NCBI GenBank assembly: GCA_003345555.1
Contig: PRDJ01000067.1
Location: forward strand, 25,929 to 57,928
From: Candidatus Thorarchaeota archaeon
GTDB taxonomy: Archaea; Asgardarchaeota; Thorarchaeia; Thorarchaeales; Thorarchaeaceae
Reading direction: 5' to 3'
Length of the DNA: 32,000 bases
Positions 1 through 8,744 of this stretch are shown piece after piece. Position numbers and translations under genes: made by a program. Under the pieces are notes generated by a model. The model was not told the origin of the DNA and made no database searches. It saw nothing but the letters and a program-made list of their open reading frames with translations. Positions within the stretch are counted from its first letter, which is position 1. Each line of letters opens with the position of its first letter.

Positions 1-2
1 TC

Positions 3-359
3 GCGAATGTATGCAAACAGAACGTCACGAGATTCCCCTTTGAGATTGCCCGCATTTTACAGGATATTGCGGGTGGACTCTTCGTCACCTGCCCGAGTGC
101 CCGCGAGCTGCGAAATCCACAGACTCGCAAGGTAATCGAGAAGTATTTGGCCGGGGCCGAAGGAGTTGACACGGTGAATCGCATAAAGATGCTTAGACTG
201 ATCGAGAACCTCACCCTGGGAAGGGCAGCAGTTGGTTACTTGGCAGAGTCAATGCACGGTGCGGGCTCGCCTCAGGCACAGAGAATCATGATTCATCGTT
301 TGTCGAATATCGAAGAGAAGAAGAAGATGGCCAAACAGCTGGCACAAATCGAGGAATAG
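3..359 (+). CDS. abfD: 4-hydroxybutyryl-CoA dehydratase / vinylacetyl-CoA isomerase, C-terminal part (5' truncated by window)
   Basis: The frame is open from base 3: ANVCKQNVTRFPFEIARILQDIAGGLFVT...RIKMLRLIENLTLG..AVGYLAESMHGAGSPQAQRIMI, the characteristic AbfD C-terminus. The 147..359 track ORF is only its tail. Confidence 0.9.
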   Translation, partial: ANVCKQNVTRFPFEIARILQDIAGGLFVTCPSARELRNPQTRKVIEKYLAGAEGVDTVNRIKMLRLIENLTLGRAAVGYLAESMHGAGSPQAQRIMIHRLSNIEEKKKMAKQLAQIEE

Positions 360-397
360 TATTCTCCAACTGATATCTGACTCTGAGGTCTTCAGGT

Positions 398-1795
398 ATG
401 GGCAATGTCACCTTGGATGTGTGCCGAGGAAACGAAAAGGGGTCCATTGAGGTACCCGACGAGTCAGTATACCTTGGTGCTCAAGGGTTGACATCTATCG
501 ACCTGCGCCCACTCTCAGAGTCAGGAAAACTGCAGAATCTGTGGTTATATAATAACCAAATCAGTAGCTTGGACCTGACGCCTCTGGCTTCCTGCTCTCG
601 CCTCCGTTCTCTTTCCTTGCGGGACAACTGTCTCGACTCACTGGATTTGGTGCCACTTCAGAAATGTGCTCGGCTTGAAGATCTCGACTTGTCAGATAAT
701 AGAATGACAGCAGTAGACCTTGGACCTCTTGGCAGCTGTAGCAACCTCCACCGTCTCGATATCAGCGGCAATTCCCTCAATCGAATTGTGTTACAACCCT
801 TGGTTTCCTGTTCAAGTCTCAGAGCCCTAACAATGGGACAATCCGAATCGGGTTCTCCGGAGTCTGCCAAGCCAGAGGGAGGCATGGATATGAAACAGGG
901 TTCTGATTCTCATCTTGCTGAGGCTGTTGATGTAAGTCCGTTGTTCTGGTGCGATCAGTTGTCCGCCGTCACGGTCAGAGGGGAAGTCGGTCTGACGCTG
1001 GACCCTGCTCTCTGGTACATCGGGGCAGCAAAGGTCTTTTCAAACACGGAGATGGTGACATCTGCTCTGCACGATAAGTCCTCTCCGATATTAGCTTGGA
1101 TGAACAAGTCGCTATTCTCTAGGTTGGGGCCTCTCAGCTATGAAGCAGTCGTCACTCAGACCAGTACTCAAGCACTTCAAACCATGATTACTGGCAACAT
1201 CAGGAAAGTGTCAAAGAGGTACTGGTTTCATGCACAAAAGGGTCTGCTCGAAGGGTTTGCGCTGCGAGAGCTTTCAGGATATGATGGTAACCCGCTATCT
1301 ATCTTGGACCTGCCATCCTGCCCCCAAGAGTACGCTTCACTTAGGACTGCCTTGCGGAGCCATGTTGTAGAGTTAGTTCGCAAGCAGATTGCTGCAGGTG
1401 GGCCCACGCTATTCATAGACGTTGACGCTTTGCTCACCGACGATGAATCAACGTTGGCTGAGGCGGTCGTACGGGCTAGGCGGGAGGAAATTGACAGACT
1501 AAGTGTGCCAACTGATGGGCATTTCGCGGACATCAGCCGACTAATCGTAACAAGCTATGGGCATTCAATTGTCAGGGCTCTAGGCGAACAGCGGATGAGG
1601 ATCCCTTTGATGGATTTCGAAAAGGTTCTCGCTGCCCTAAGAGATTCAGGGTTTAGTATCAAGAGTGACCGTGGAAAGCCTGGTAGATTCAGGCTCCCTG
1701 TTGCCCCAAAGGTTTCTGGTAGCCTGATCAGTTTCGTTGTCGAAAGCAGTCTAGACCTCTTGCCATCGAGACCAGCGACTATCACGAATACTTGA
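398..1795 (+). CDS. Leucine-rich repeat protein with an uncharacterised C-terminal domain
   Basis: About 5 tandem 24-aa repeats (LDLTPLASCSRLRSLSLRDNCLDS, LDLVPLQKCARLEDLDLSDNRMTA, VDLGPLGSCSNLHRLDISGNSLNR) matching LxxLxLxxNxL, followed by about 300 aa of non-LRR sequence. Confidence 0.88.
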   Translation: MGNVTLDVCRGNEKGSIEVPDESVYLGAQGLTSIDLRPLSESGKLQNLWLYNNQISSLDLTPLASCSRLRSLSLRDNCLDSLDLVPLQKCARLEDLDLSDNRMTAVDLGPLGSCSNLHRLDISGNSLNRIVLQPLVSCSSLRALTMGQSESGSPESAKPEGGMDMKQGSDSHLAEAVDVSPLFWCDQLSAVTVRGEVGLTLDPALWYIGAAKVFSNTEMVTSALHDKSSPILAWMNKSLFSRLGPLSYEAVVTQTSTQALQTMITGNIRKVSKRYWFHAQKGLLEGFALRELSGYDGNPLSILDLPSCPQEYASLRTALRSHVVELVRKQIAAGGPTLFIDVDALLTDDESTLAEAVVRARREEIDRLSVPTDGHFADISRLIVTSYGHSIVRALGEQRMRIPLMDFEKVLAALRDSGFSIKSDRGKPGRFRLPVAPKVSGSLISFVVESSLDLLPSRPATITNT

Positions 1796-1815
1796 CGAAG
1801 CGGCCCGAAGAACTG

Positions 1816-2754
1816 TTAGGAGAGCTTCAGATCATCTGATTGAGGAGTCTGTTCGCTCTGAACCGGAGCGATTCGTTCAATTTGGACTTCTCGGGCCCCA
1901 AGTCGTCTGGCAAGGCGTCGAACGATATTGGTCGTCCAGCCCAGCGTAAGCTCATTGAGTATAATGACAGGCATTACGAAAGACATAATCAGTAGGGGAA
2001 GCCCTATTGTCGTGAAAACACTGAGCGCTATGTTCGGGGCGGTCATTGGCTGTGCCATCAAGAAGAAAGGTCGATAGAAGTAGCGGAAGAACATCGTGAT
2101 AGGATAGCCCAGGAGAGCAAACCCACCAATATAGCTGTTGTACCAGCGGCCAACCCCCTCCGTATCAGGGGGACGGCGATTCTCAAGCTGCTTTGGCTTG
2201 AGATGACTAACGATGCCGCTATCATCCAGGGCCCAAGTCGGCATGAGAATCGCGAGGGCTACGGGAAGAACGACCATTGAAGACAAGAGAGAAAGCAGAG
2301 GGTCTAGTACCGTCGTCGCCAAAACTCCGGTAATAGTTGAATCCGATTGAAAGGGCCAGTTGTTGACAAAACTAAGTAGAAGGTCTCCAGAAGAAAGAGC
2401 AAACATGGCAGGCACCACAGCACGTCTCGTCATTCGAAAGCCTCCGAACCTCGTTCCCAATGTCATAACGCTTTGAGTGTACGCCGTTGTCTTGACAAGT
2501 CTGTTCGCCACCAGCATCAAACATGCTAACGGGACCGTAAGAATGAGGAACTCAACTAGATACAGGGGGATAACAACTAATAGAAGGGTCCTTGCGTCCG
2601 AAGGCGTGGGACCTGCGACTACGGGCAGCAGATTGTAGCCTGGCTTTGCTGCGAATAGCCGCTCTGACATACCATTGACGACAAGAACAGTCAGAGTCAA
2701 TCCGACCACTATGAATAGAAACGGCAGGAGGAACCGCTTACTTTGTGAAGACAT
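1816..2754 (-). CDS. Multi-pass membrane protein of unknown function
   Basis: 312-aa ORF with about 6-7 hydrophobic segments; no catalytic motif recognised. Confidence 0.75.
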   Translation of the reverse strand: MSSQSKRFLLPFLFIVVGLTLTVLVVNGMSERLFAAKPGYNLLPVVAGPTPSDARTLLLVVIPLYLVEFLILTVPLACLMLVANRLVKTTAYTQSVMTLGTRFGGFRMTRRAVVPAMFALSSGDLLLSFVNNWPFQSDSTITGVLATTVLDPLLSLLSSMVVLPVALAILMPTWALDDSGIVSHLKPKQLENRRPPDTEGVGRWYNSYIGGFALLGYPITMFFRYFYRPFFLMAQPMTAPNIALSVFTTIGLPLLIMSFVMPVIILNELTLGWTTNIVRRLARRLGAREVQIERIAPVQSEQTPQSDDLKLS

Positions 2755-2860
2755 GCAGATACCATACCAGAAACCGTACGGTGCTAATCTAAGGGTTGTT
2801 GTGATGAACCGACATGCTTGCTCTTTTCAGGTCAAAGCACATCTTAGTGCGAATCTCAGT

Positions 2861-3646
2861 CTATCGGCCCGTAGTAGTGAAGCGGGGATCTCCACGGAAC
2901 AGGTCTTCAGACACTGCCCTCACAATATCCCTCGCCGCACCGGGTTCAGATTCATACTTGACGCCCCGGATTAGAGCTACAGGAATTCCTTCATCGGCTT
3001 GTCCCATGACGAGCTCTGCTGCTTCTGCGAGTTCATCAGCCAAACAAACAAGCGATGAAGTCAAGTGACGTCCGTACAAATCCTCCTTTCCGGCATTCCG
3101 GAAAAACGGAGACATTCCTGCGACACCGATAGCTGCATTCACGGCGCCTAGTCGCCAAGGTCTTCCGTGTGTATCCGTGATGATGACGGGCATATGCACT
3201 CCCAATTCCTTGGACAGGCGATAATGGAGTCTTCGAGCTGACTCATCGGGGTCGGCTGGTAACGCTATGTAGCTCCCTAGTGGGGCATTCTTCTGATCTA
3301 CTCCAGAAAAGTCTGTGACAATCCCCTGCTTGGTCTTGGTAATGAGAACGGGCTCTTCACGGATGACTTCTACTGCCTCCCTCAGAGCGACTTCCACCTT
3401 CTGAGCGCTCCTGCCAGTTGTCGCCGCGATCTGCGTCGCCTTTGCTGAGGGCTCGATCTCGGCATTGTAAAAGACTCGGCCTTCAGCCATCGAGACAATG
3501 GAATGCGTTACGACGAGTACGTCGCCGGGGCGCGGTCTAATGCGAGGCCGCCTGAAAGCTTTCATGATAACGGAGGCGAGATCGTCGCCAGGTTCTATGA
3601 TTGGGATTCCTGTCAGCGGTACTATCTCCAAGCTATGCGCAGTCAT
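2861..3646 (-). CDS. cofE: Coenzyme F420-0:L-glutamate (gamma-glutamyl) ligase
   Basis: CofE motifs PIIEPGDDLA, GDVLVVTHSIVSMAEGR, LPADPDESAR, VIITDTHGRPWRLG, ADELAEAAELVMGQADEGIPVALIRG, DLFR. Confidence 0.92.
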   Translation of the reverse strand: MTAHSLEIVPLTGIPIIEPGDDLASVIMKAFRRPRIRPRPGDVLVVTHSIVSMAEGRVFYNAEIEPSAKATQIAATTGRSAQKVEVALREAVEVIREEPVLITKTKQGIVTDFSGVDQKNAPLGSYIALPADPDESARRLHYRLSKELGVHMPVIITDTHGRPWRLGAVNAAIGVAGMSPFFRNAGKEDLYGRHLTSSLVCLADELAEAAELVMGQADEGIPVALIRGVKYESEPGAARDIVRAVSEDLFRGDPRFTTTGR

Positions 3647-3663
3647 GTGGGTCTCACCCTTCG

Positions 3664-4332
3664 CTAGTCAGAAGCGGAGTCTTGTGCTCTGTTCCGTTGC
3701 ATCTCCTCAGAGCTGAGCTCCAGAATCCTCCTCGATTCGGCGTATGCACCATCCCCAAGTCCCGCCTGAGCAGCCAGTCTCTGGGGTATCAGGCTGTAGA
3801 AAGTGAATCCCCCCGCGATGTTGATGACGGCTTGGACAACGTTCCAAGGAACTATCAATACTGACAATGCATATGCCGCTTGCGGCGTGAGTGCGTAGAA
3901 CACGGGCAGAAGTGCCGTGTTGACAAAGAACATGCCAACTGCTCTAAATGCGCAGCCAAAGATCAAGTACAGTGTCAGCTTCACAATCCGGTTCTTGCTC
4001 TTTCTCGCTCCTAGTAACCAAGCCGTGGCCATCCCTATCAACATGAGTGACTCTGCGGACACCTTGAATATGGCACCTGCGGGATTTCGATATCCTATTG
4101 AAATCCACATGACCGCCACAGAGAAAAACGAGTACACTATCCCCAGGCCTTGAAAGACTATCACGATGAGAATGCCTGTCCAGTCGATGTTCATCCCGAC
4201 TACTCCGGTCTTGAAGGTCGTCACCCCGACGATGGGGACGACCTGAGATGCAGCAACCATGGCCGTGAAAACAGCAAGAAGCGATATGCTCTTGGAATCT
4301 TTTCTAATCGGATGTCTTTCAAACCAAGTCAT
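3664..4332 (-). CDS. ECF transporter S-component-like membrane protein
   Basis: About 6 TM helices; N-terminal ISLLAVFTAMVAA and C-terminal PWNVVQAVINI resemble S components. ATG at 4332 preferred over TTG at 4368. Confidence 0.6.
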   Translation of the reverse strand: MTWFERHPIRKDSKSISLLAVFTAMVAASQVVPIVGVTTFKTGVVGMNIDWTGILIVIVFQGLGIVYSFFSVAVMWISIGYRNPAGAIFKVSAESLMLIGMATAWLLGARKSKNRIVKLTLYLIFGCAFRAVGMFFVNTALLPVFYALTPQAAYALSVLIVPWNVVQAVINIAGGFTFYSLIPQRLAAQAGLGDGAYAESRRILELSSEEMQRNRAQDSASD

Positions 4333-4502
4333 CGCCGATGCCTTCTCGCCAACACTAGACCTGACCAATAACGGGCTCGTTCGCGTTGAGGCGTCGTAAC
4401 TCGATTAAAACCCACCGATGTATTCTGTTCCTATTCATTACATGCCGTTGTGCAGGCAAAGCTTTTCACTAGGCGCGTTTTCTGAAAGGTAAGTGAACTG
4501 GA

Positions 4503-6248
4503 ATGTTTCTTACTCGCCGCGAGAGTTACCCTCTTGACCAGATGATAGATGTAGCTGCCGGAAGAACACGAGCCGACCTAGTACTCAAGAACGGGTCTGT
4601 TGTCAACGTCTTCACAGGAGAGGTCAGCGAAGGAGACGTTGCTATTCATGGGGGGTTCATTGCGGGTGTCGGACAATATGTCGGCAACGAGGTCATCGAT
4701 ATCAAAGGGAGATACGTCGCGCCTTCTTTCATCGATGGACATGTTCACATCGAGTCATCCATGGTGATGCCCATGGAATTTGCCAGGGCGGTCGTTCCTC
4801 ATGGCACAGGAGCGGTCGTCGCGGATCCCCATGAAATCGCCAATGTTCTTGGCATGGAAGGCATCATGTACATGAGCAAGAGCATGAGAGGAGGACCGCT
4901 CGAAGTCTACGTGATGCTTCCGTCGTGTGTGCCGTCGACAGAGTTCGAAACGAGTGGTGTGTCACTTGACTCCCTTGACATCCAGCCATTGATGACAGAG
5001 TCCTATGTTCTCGGACTCGCTGAGGTGATGAACTACCCGGGAGTAGTATACAAAGACCCCCAGATCCTCGATAAGATACGTGTGTCGCTGAAGCTCGGCA
5101 AAAGAATCGACGGGCACTGCCCGCAAATCGCGGGGTCTGACCTGATGGCATATAGTGCCGCCAGAATATCTTCAGACCATGAGTGTACTTCTTTTGACGA
5201 AGCCAAACGGAAGCTTGGAGTCGGGATGCACATCCATATCAGGGAAGGCTCGACAGCGAAGAATCTGCATGACCTCGCTCCTCTCGTTACTCCACAGACT
5301 GCCATGTCATGCAGCTTTGTTACTGACGACCGAAACACATTGGACCTTATGACCAAGGGCCATATTGACAGTATGATCAGGGAGGCCATCAAGATTGGAG
5401 TCGACCCTGTCGTCGCAATCAAGGTGGCGACCCTATCAACTGCTTGCCATTATGGTTTGCGATATCTTGGTGCCGTTGCACCAGGCTATGTTGCAGACCT
5501 TGTGGTTCTGGATTCTCTAGACCTCATTGGTGTTGACATGGTATTCAAGCAAGGAGTGCTCGTGGCAAAGGATGGCAAAATGGTTGACACATTTGGAATT
5601 CAGGAACAGCCCAGATTGCGTAGGTCCGTCAACATCCATTTCCTAGAACCCAAGGACTTCCAAGTCAAGGCTCGCGGTCCTACCATGAACGTGATAGGAA
5701 TGATACCGAACCAGATTGTGACCAAGAGGTTGATAGAGGCGCCGAGGGTGATTGAAGGGTTCGTTGTACCGGATATAGACAGGGATATTGCGAAGGTAGC
5801 CATCATAGAACGGCACAACGCCACAGAGCCACGTGCAATAGGATTCGTAAAAGGAATGGGAATCAAGGAAGGAGCGATGGTTTCGTCGATAGCTCACGAC
5901 AGTCACAATATAGTCGCCGTTGCCACAAACGACCACGACCTCATAGAGGCTGCAGTGCAGATTGTTAGGATGCAGGGGGGCCTAGCAATTGTCCGCGATG
6001 GAGAGGTACTGGCTTCGTTGCCGTTGCCGATTGCCGGGTTGATGTCAGACAGGCACATTGAGGAAGTCACTGAAGGTCTCAAGCAGTTGAAGGAGGCTGC
6101 ACATGCTCTGGGCAGCAACGTCGAAGACCCGTTCATGGCCATGGCGTTTTTGTCATTGCCGGTTATCCCAGAACTGAAGATAACTGACATGGGCCTAATT
6201 CACGTCAAGAGGTTCAGAATCATTGACCTGTTCGACACACAGGAATGA
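4503..6248 (+). CDS. ade: Adenine deaminase
   Basis: FIDGHVHIESS, ADPHEIANV, GLAEVMNYPGV, DHEC, IREGS, VTDD, SIAHDSHN, LPLPIAGLMS, LSLPVIPELKITD; 581 aa. Confidence 0.95.
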   Translation: MFLTRRESYPLDQMIDVAAGRTRADLVLKNGSVVNVFTGEVSEGDVAIHGGFIAGVGQYVGNEVIDIKGRYVAPSFIDGHVHIESSMVMPMEFARAVVPHGTGAVVADPHEIANVLGMEGIMYMSKSMRGGPLEVYVMLPSCVPSTEFETSGVSLDSLDIQPLMTESYVLGLAEVMNYPGVVYKDPQILDKIRVSLKLGKRIDGHCPQIAGSDLMAYSAARISSDHECTSFDEAKRKLGVGMHIHIREGSTAKNLHDLAPLVTPQTAMSCSFVTDDRNTLDLMTKGHIDSMIREAIKIGVDPVVAIKVATLSTACHYGLRYLGAVAPGYVADLVVLDSLDLIGVDMVFKQGVLVAKDGKMVDTFGIQEQPRLRRSVNIHFLEPKDFQVKARGPTMNVIGMIPNQIVTKRLIEAPRVIEGFVVPDIDRDIAKVAIIERHNATEPRAIGFVKGMGIKEGAMVSSIAHDSHNIVAVATNDHDLIEAAVQIVRMQGGLAIVRDGEVLASLPLPIAGLMSDRHIEEVTEGLKQLKEAAHALGSNVEDPFMAMAFLSLPVIPELKITDMGLIHVKRFRIIDLFDTQE

Positions 6249-6261
6249 GCGCGGTCGTGGG

Positions 6262-7095
6262 TCATTTACTAGCCAGGCCGAGAATCTTTCTCGCCTCTCT
6301 GAGCTGCTTGCGCTTCTCATACCCGACTGCAACAGCAACAGCGGAACCAATGAACACAAGTAGACTTGCCGAGCCGAAGGCAGCTAACAGCACAGGGACC
6401 AAGTAGGGGTATGGATAGTATCTGAGGTTGAAGAAGAAGCCTCGTTCAAGAAGCAACATGACTTCCACAATAAGCAGTATGAGGAGCATTACTCCCGAGG
6501 CCAGCTGCCTTTCATGGATATAGACCTGGAGTGCCGTCTGCAACAATATCGCTGCGATGAGATTTCCCAGAATGCCAAGAATGACAACTGCATCTCCTCT
6601 AATGAAGAAGTACGGAACGTTGGATCGTACAAGTCCCCATTGTGTGAAGAACTGGATGTATAACATGCCCAGAATGAAGATGAGTTCGAAAACCATCATG
6701 AGAACCGCGCCTGCGCCCGTAGTGCGGAGAACCTTTCCATCCACGGAATCTGACCAATCCATGTTTGTGAGCCGCTGATAATCAGGATTCACTACCTGTG
6801 CCCAGCCACTTGCAGCAACGCATTCCTCTTTGAGGCAGTTCGCAATAGTGAACAGTTTTCCGGCATAGTCCCCAATCCGCTTCTGCACACATTCTTCGCA
6901 AATCAAGTCCCCACAGACATTGCACACGGCCACTGCAAGTCTCCCAGAGTGATTCACACAGTCTCTTTTCTGCGAACTTCCCAAGACAGGGCTGGCGCAA
7001 AACTCACATCTGTTCACTCTGTCTTTGGGTCCAACTTTGACAGCTCCGCCACAGACAGGGCACCGAATCGTTTCCGTAGACGTGATCGTGATCAC
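6262..7095 (-). CDS. Zinc-ribbon plus B-box-like zinc-finger membrane protein
   Basis: CPVC..CEFC ribbon, then CVNHSGRLAVAVCNVCGDLICEEC..CLKEEC, then about 4 TM helices. The GTG start at 7095 overlaps the upstream stop as GTGA; the track start at 7152 lies inside the upstream gene. Confidence 0.75.
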   Translation of the reverse strand: MITITSTETIRCPVCGGAVKVGPKDRVNRCEFCASPVLGSSQKRDCVNHSGRLAVAVCNVCGDLICEECVQKRIGDYAGKLFTIANCLKEECVAASGWAQVVNPDYQRLTNMDWSDSVDGKVLRTTGAGAVLMMVFELIFILGMLYIQFFTQWGLVRSNVPYFFIRGDAVVILGILGNLIAAILLQTALQVYIHERQLASGVMLLILLIVEVMLLLERGFFFNLRYYPYPYLVPVLLAAFGSASLLVFIGSAVAVAVGYEKRKQLREARKILGLASK

Positions 7096-8492
7096 CTCCG
7101 AAAGAAGCCTTCCGCAGCCGCAGATTCCTTCTTGGCATCTGAACGCTGCCACGAGCGACTGGGAGCTCGCAGCCCGGACTCCTTTTCCTTGACCGGCTCG
7201 CGTCTGATGACCGCTCTCTCTCTAGCTTGGTCTAGCGAAATGAAGTCCGTTCGACGTATTATGCGGACGGCCTCGACTGTCACACTCACGAGACCGGCAT
7301 AGAACAGTATTGGGACAATCACAATCGCTCCCAAAAGAAGTGCAATGCCGGTCACCACAGGGATAGCTATGATTGCTATGATGATAGCTAGGATAAAGGC
7401 TCCGGCGTTATCATTCCCGTGCGAACTATGGCTCATCGATGAGAGAGCTTGACCCGCGATTCTTAGGGCGTAGGGCATGATTCCAAAGTACTTGCGCAGG
7501 AACCTGCCGTACAGTGAACCGAATCGCGAAAACCTTGAGCCAGCCTTCGAGAAAAGCTGGTCGATTGGAATGACCAGAGAAGCCGTTGTAACTGCGGGTC
7601 GGAATCGCCCTTCGAAGCATTTGGAGCACAAGAAGACCGTAGATCCTGTCCATTTCACATCCACCGGTGGTTCTTGGGCAGTTAGACATCGACGACAGAA
7701 ACGCTCACCGCATACTGCACAGGCGGCTGCCGCGAGGTACTCGGGATGGTTCTTGCAGGGCATGAAGACGCCGCTCAGTGCGAGCCTGACACCGCAGAAA
7801 TCACACCGAATCGTATTGTCCGCTTCAGCTTTTGTTAGAGGAGTAGCGCCACCGCAGTTAGAGCATAGAATTGCCATTCCTTCTTCACTTGTCACCTTGC
7901 GCGTCTGCATTATGCGCTGACCCTGCTCCTTCGTCACGACGGCCCGGCCATCACTTCCGAGAAGGTCAGTCGACAATGGCGTCGGCATCAATCCATATTC
8001 AATCAGTCTAGCCCGCGTCCGGTCTCTCTCAATTCGGACGCCCTTCGCCGGCACCACGCTTTTCCATCTGACAAGCAGGTACAGCACGAATACGATTTGC
8101 GTGAAAAGTACCAGGGCGGCAACATAGCCGACCGCTACGTCGGTGACAAGTCCAAACCAAGGGACTGCCCAGTGATACTGGATTCCCCAGTTAACAATAA
8201 AATAGCTCACTAGTGCTATTGCCGCTATGCTGTAGAGTACCTGCGCGATTACTGCATTTCTCCTAAGGTCATCAACGTAGTTGCCTATTACCAAACAAGG
8301 AATTCCCACGAAAATCATGATAACAAGGGCGTACAAGTGGCCAACAGTAGGGATTAATGGACTGCCGGTGAGCCAAGCCGAAAAGATACCCAGTGATACG
8401 ATGATACTAAAGATACCAAACGACATCTGGGTAATCCCTATTACTCTGAGGCCACGAGGACGGTGGAATATCGTGTCGGCCATGTCGCTCAA
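7092..8492 (-). CDS. Membrane protein with zinc ribbon and B-box-like zinc finger
   Basis: 4 N-terminal TM helices, CSNC..CDFC ribbon, CKNHPEYLAAAACAVCGERFCRRC..CSKC, and a long C-terminal hydrophobic segment. Start is TTG 8492 or ATG 8483. Confidence 0.78.
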   Translation of the reverse strand: MSDMADTIFHRPRGLRVIGITQMSFGIFSIIVSLGIFSAWLTGSPLIPTVGHLYALVIMIFVGIPCLVIGNYVDDLRRNAVIAQVLYSIAAIALVSYFIVNWGIQYHWAVPWFGLVTDVAVGYVAALVLFTQIVFVLYLLVRWKSVVPAKGVRIERDRTRARLIEYGLMPTPLSTDLLGSDGRAVVTKEQGQRIMQTRKVTSEEGMAILCSNCGGATPLTKAEADNTIRCDFCGVRLALSGVFMPCKNHPEYLAAAACAVCGERFCRRCLTAQEPPVDVKWTGSTVFLCSKCFEGRFRPAVTTASLVIPIDQLFSKAGSRFSRFGSLYGRFLRKYFGIMPYALRIAGQALSSMSHSSHGNDNAGAFILAIIIAIIAIPVVTGIALLLGAIVIVPILFYAGLVSVTVEAVRIIRRTDFISLDQARERAVIRREPVKEKESGLRAPSRSWQRSDAKKESAAAEGFFRR

Positions 8493-8678
8493 GTCGCTAA
8501 CCTCTCCCTATCAGCAATCAGAAACGCTATGGAGTCAGCACCACCGTGATTCTAGCATGCACTTTTCTGCTTTGCGTCCTTCAAGTCAGGAACCGACTCA
8601 CTAACGCCCACGCAAGGCAGCCACTCTGACACAATTCTCATAAGTGGATAGTGGAAACACCATTGACTCAGCCTGTGA

Positions 8679-8701
8679 TTTGCCGCTTCACTCGCGGCAA
8701 A
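8679..8701. promoter_or_regulatory. Perfect 8-bp inverted repeat in a divergent intergenic region
   Basis: TTTGCCGC-ttcactc-GCGGCAAA, about 45 bp upstream of the desulfhydrase gene. Confidence 0.4.
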
Positions 8702-8744
8702 CCCGTTCCGTTCTGAGACGTCTCTTCACTTGGGTGATATACCA

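Noticed and set aside
2769-2782. AGAAACCGTAC identical to 29418-29428, with the palindrome ACCGTACGGT
   Set aside because: One 11-mer match among all intergenic sequence is within chance, and it lacks the ACACG half of the motif.
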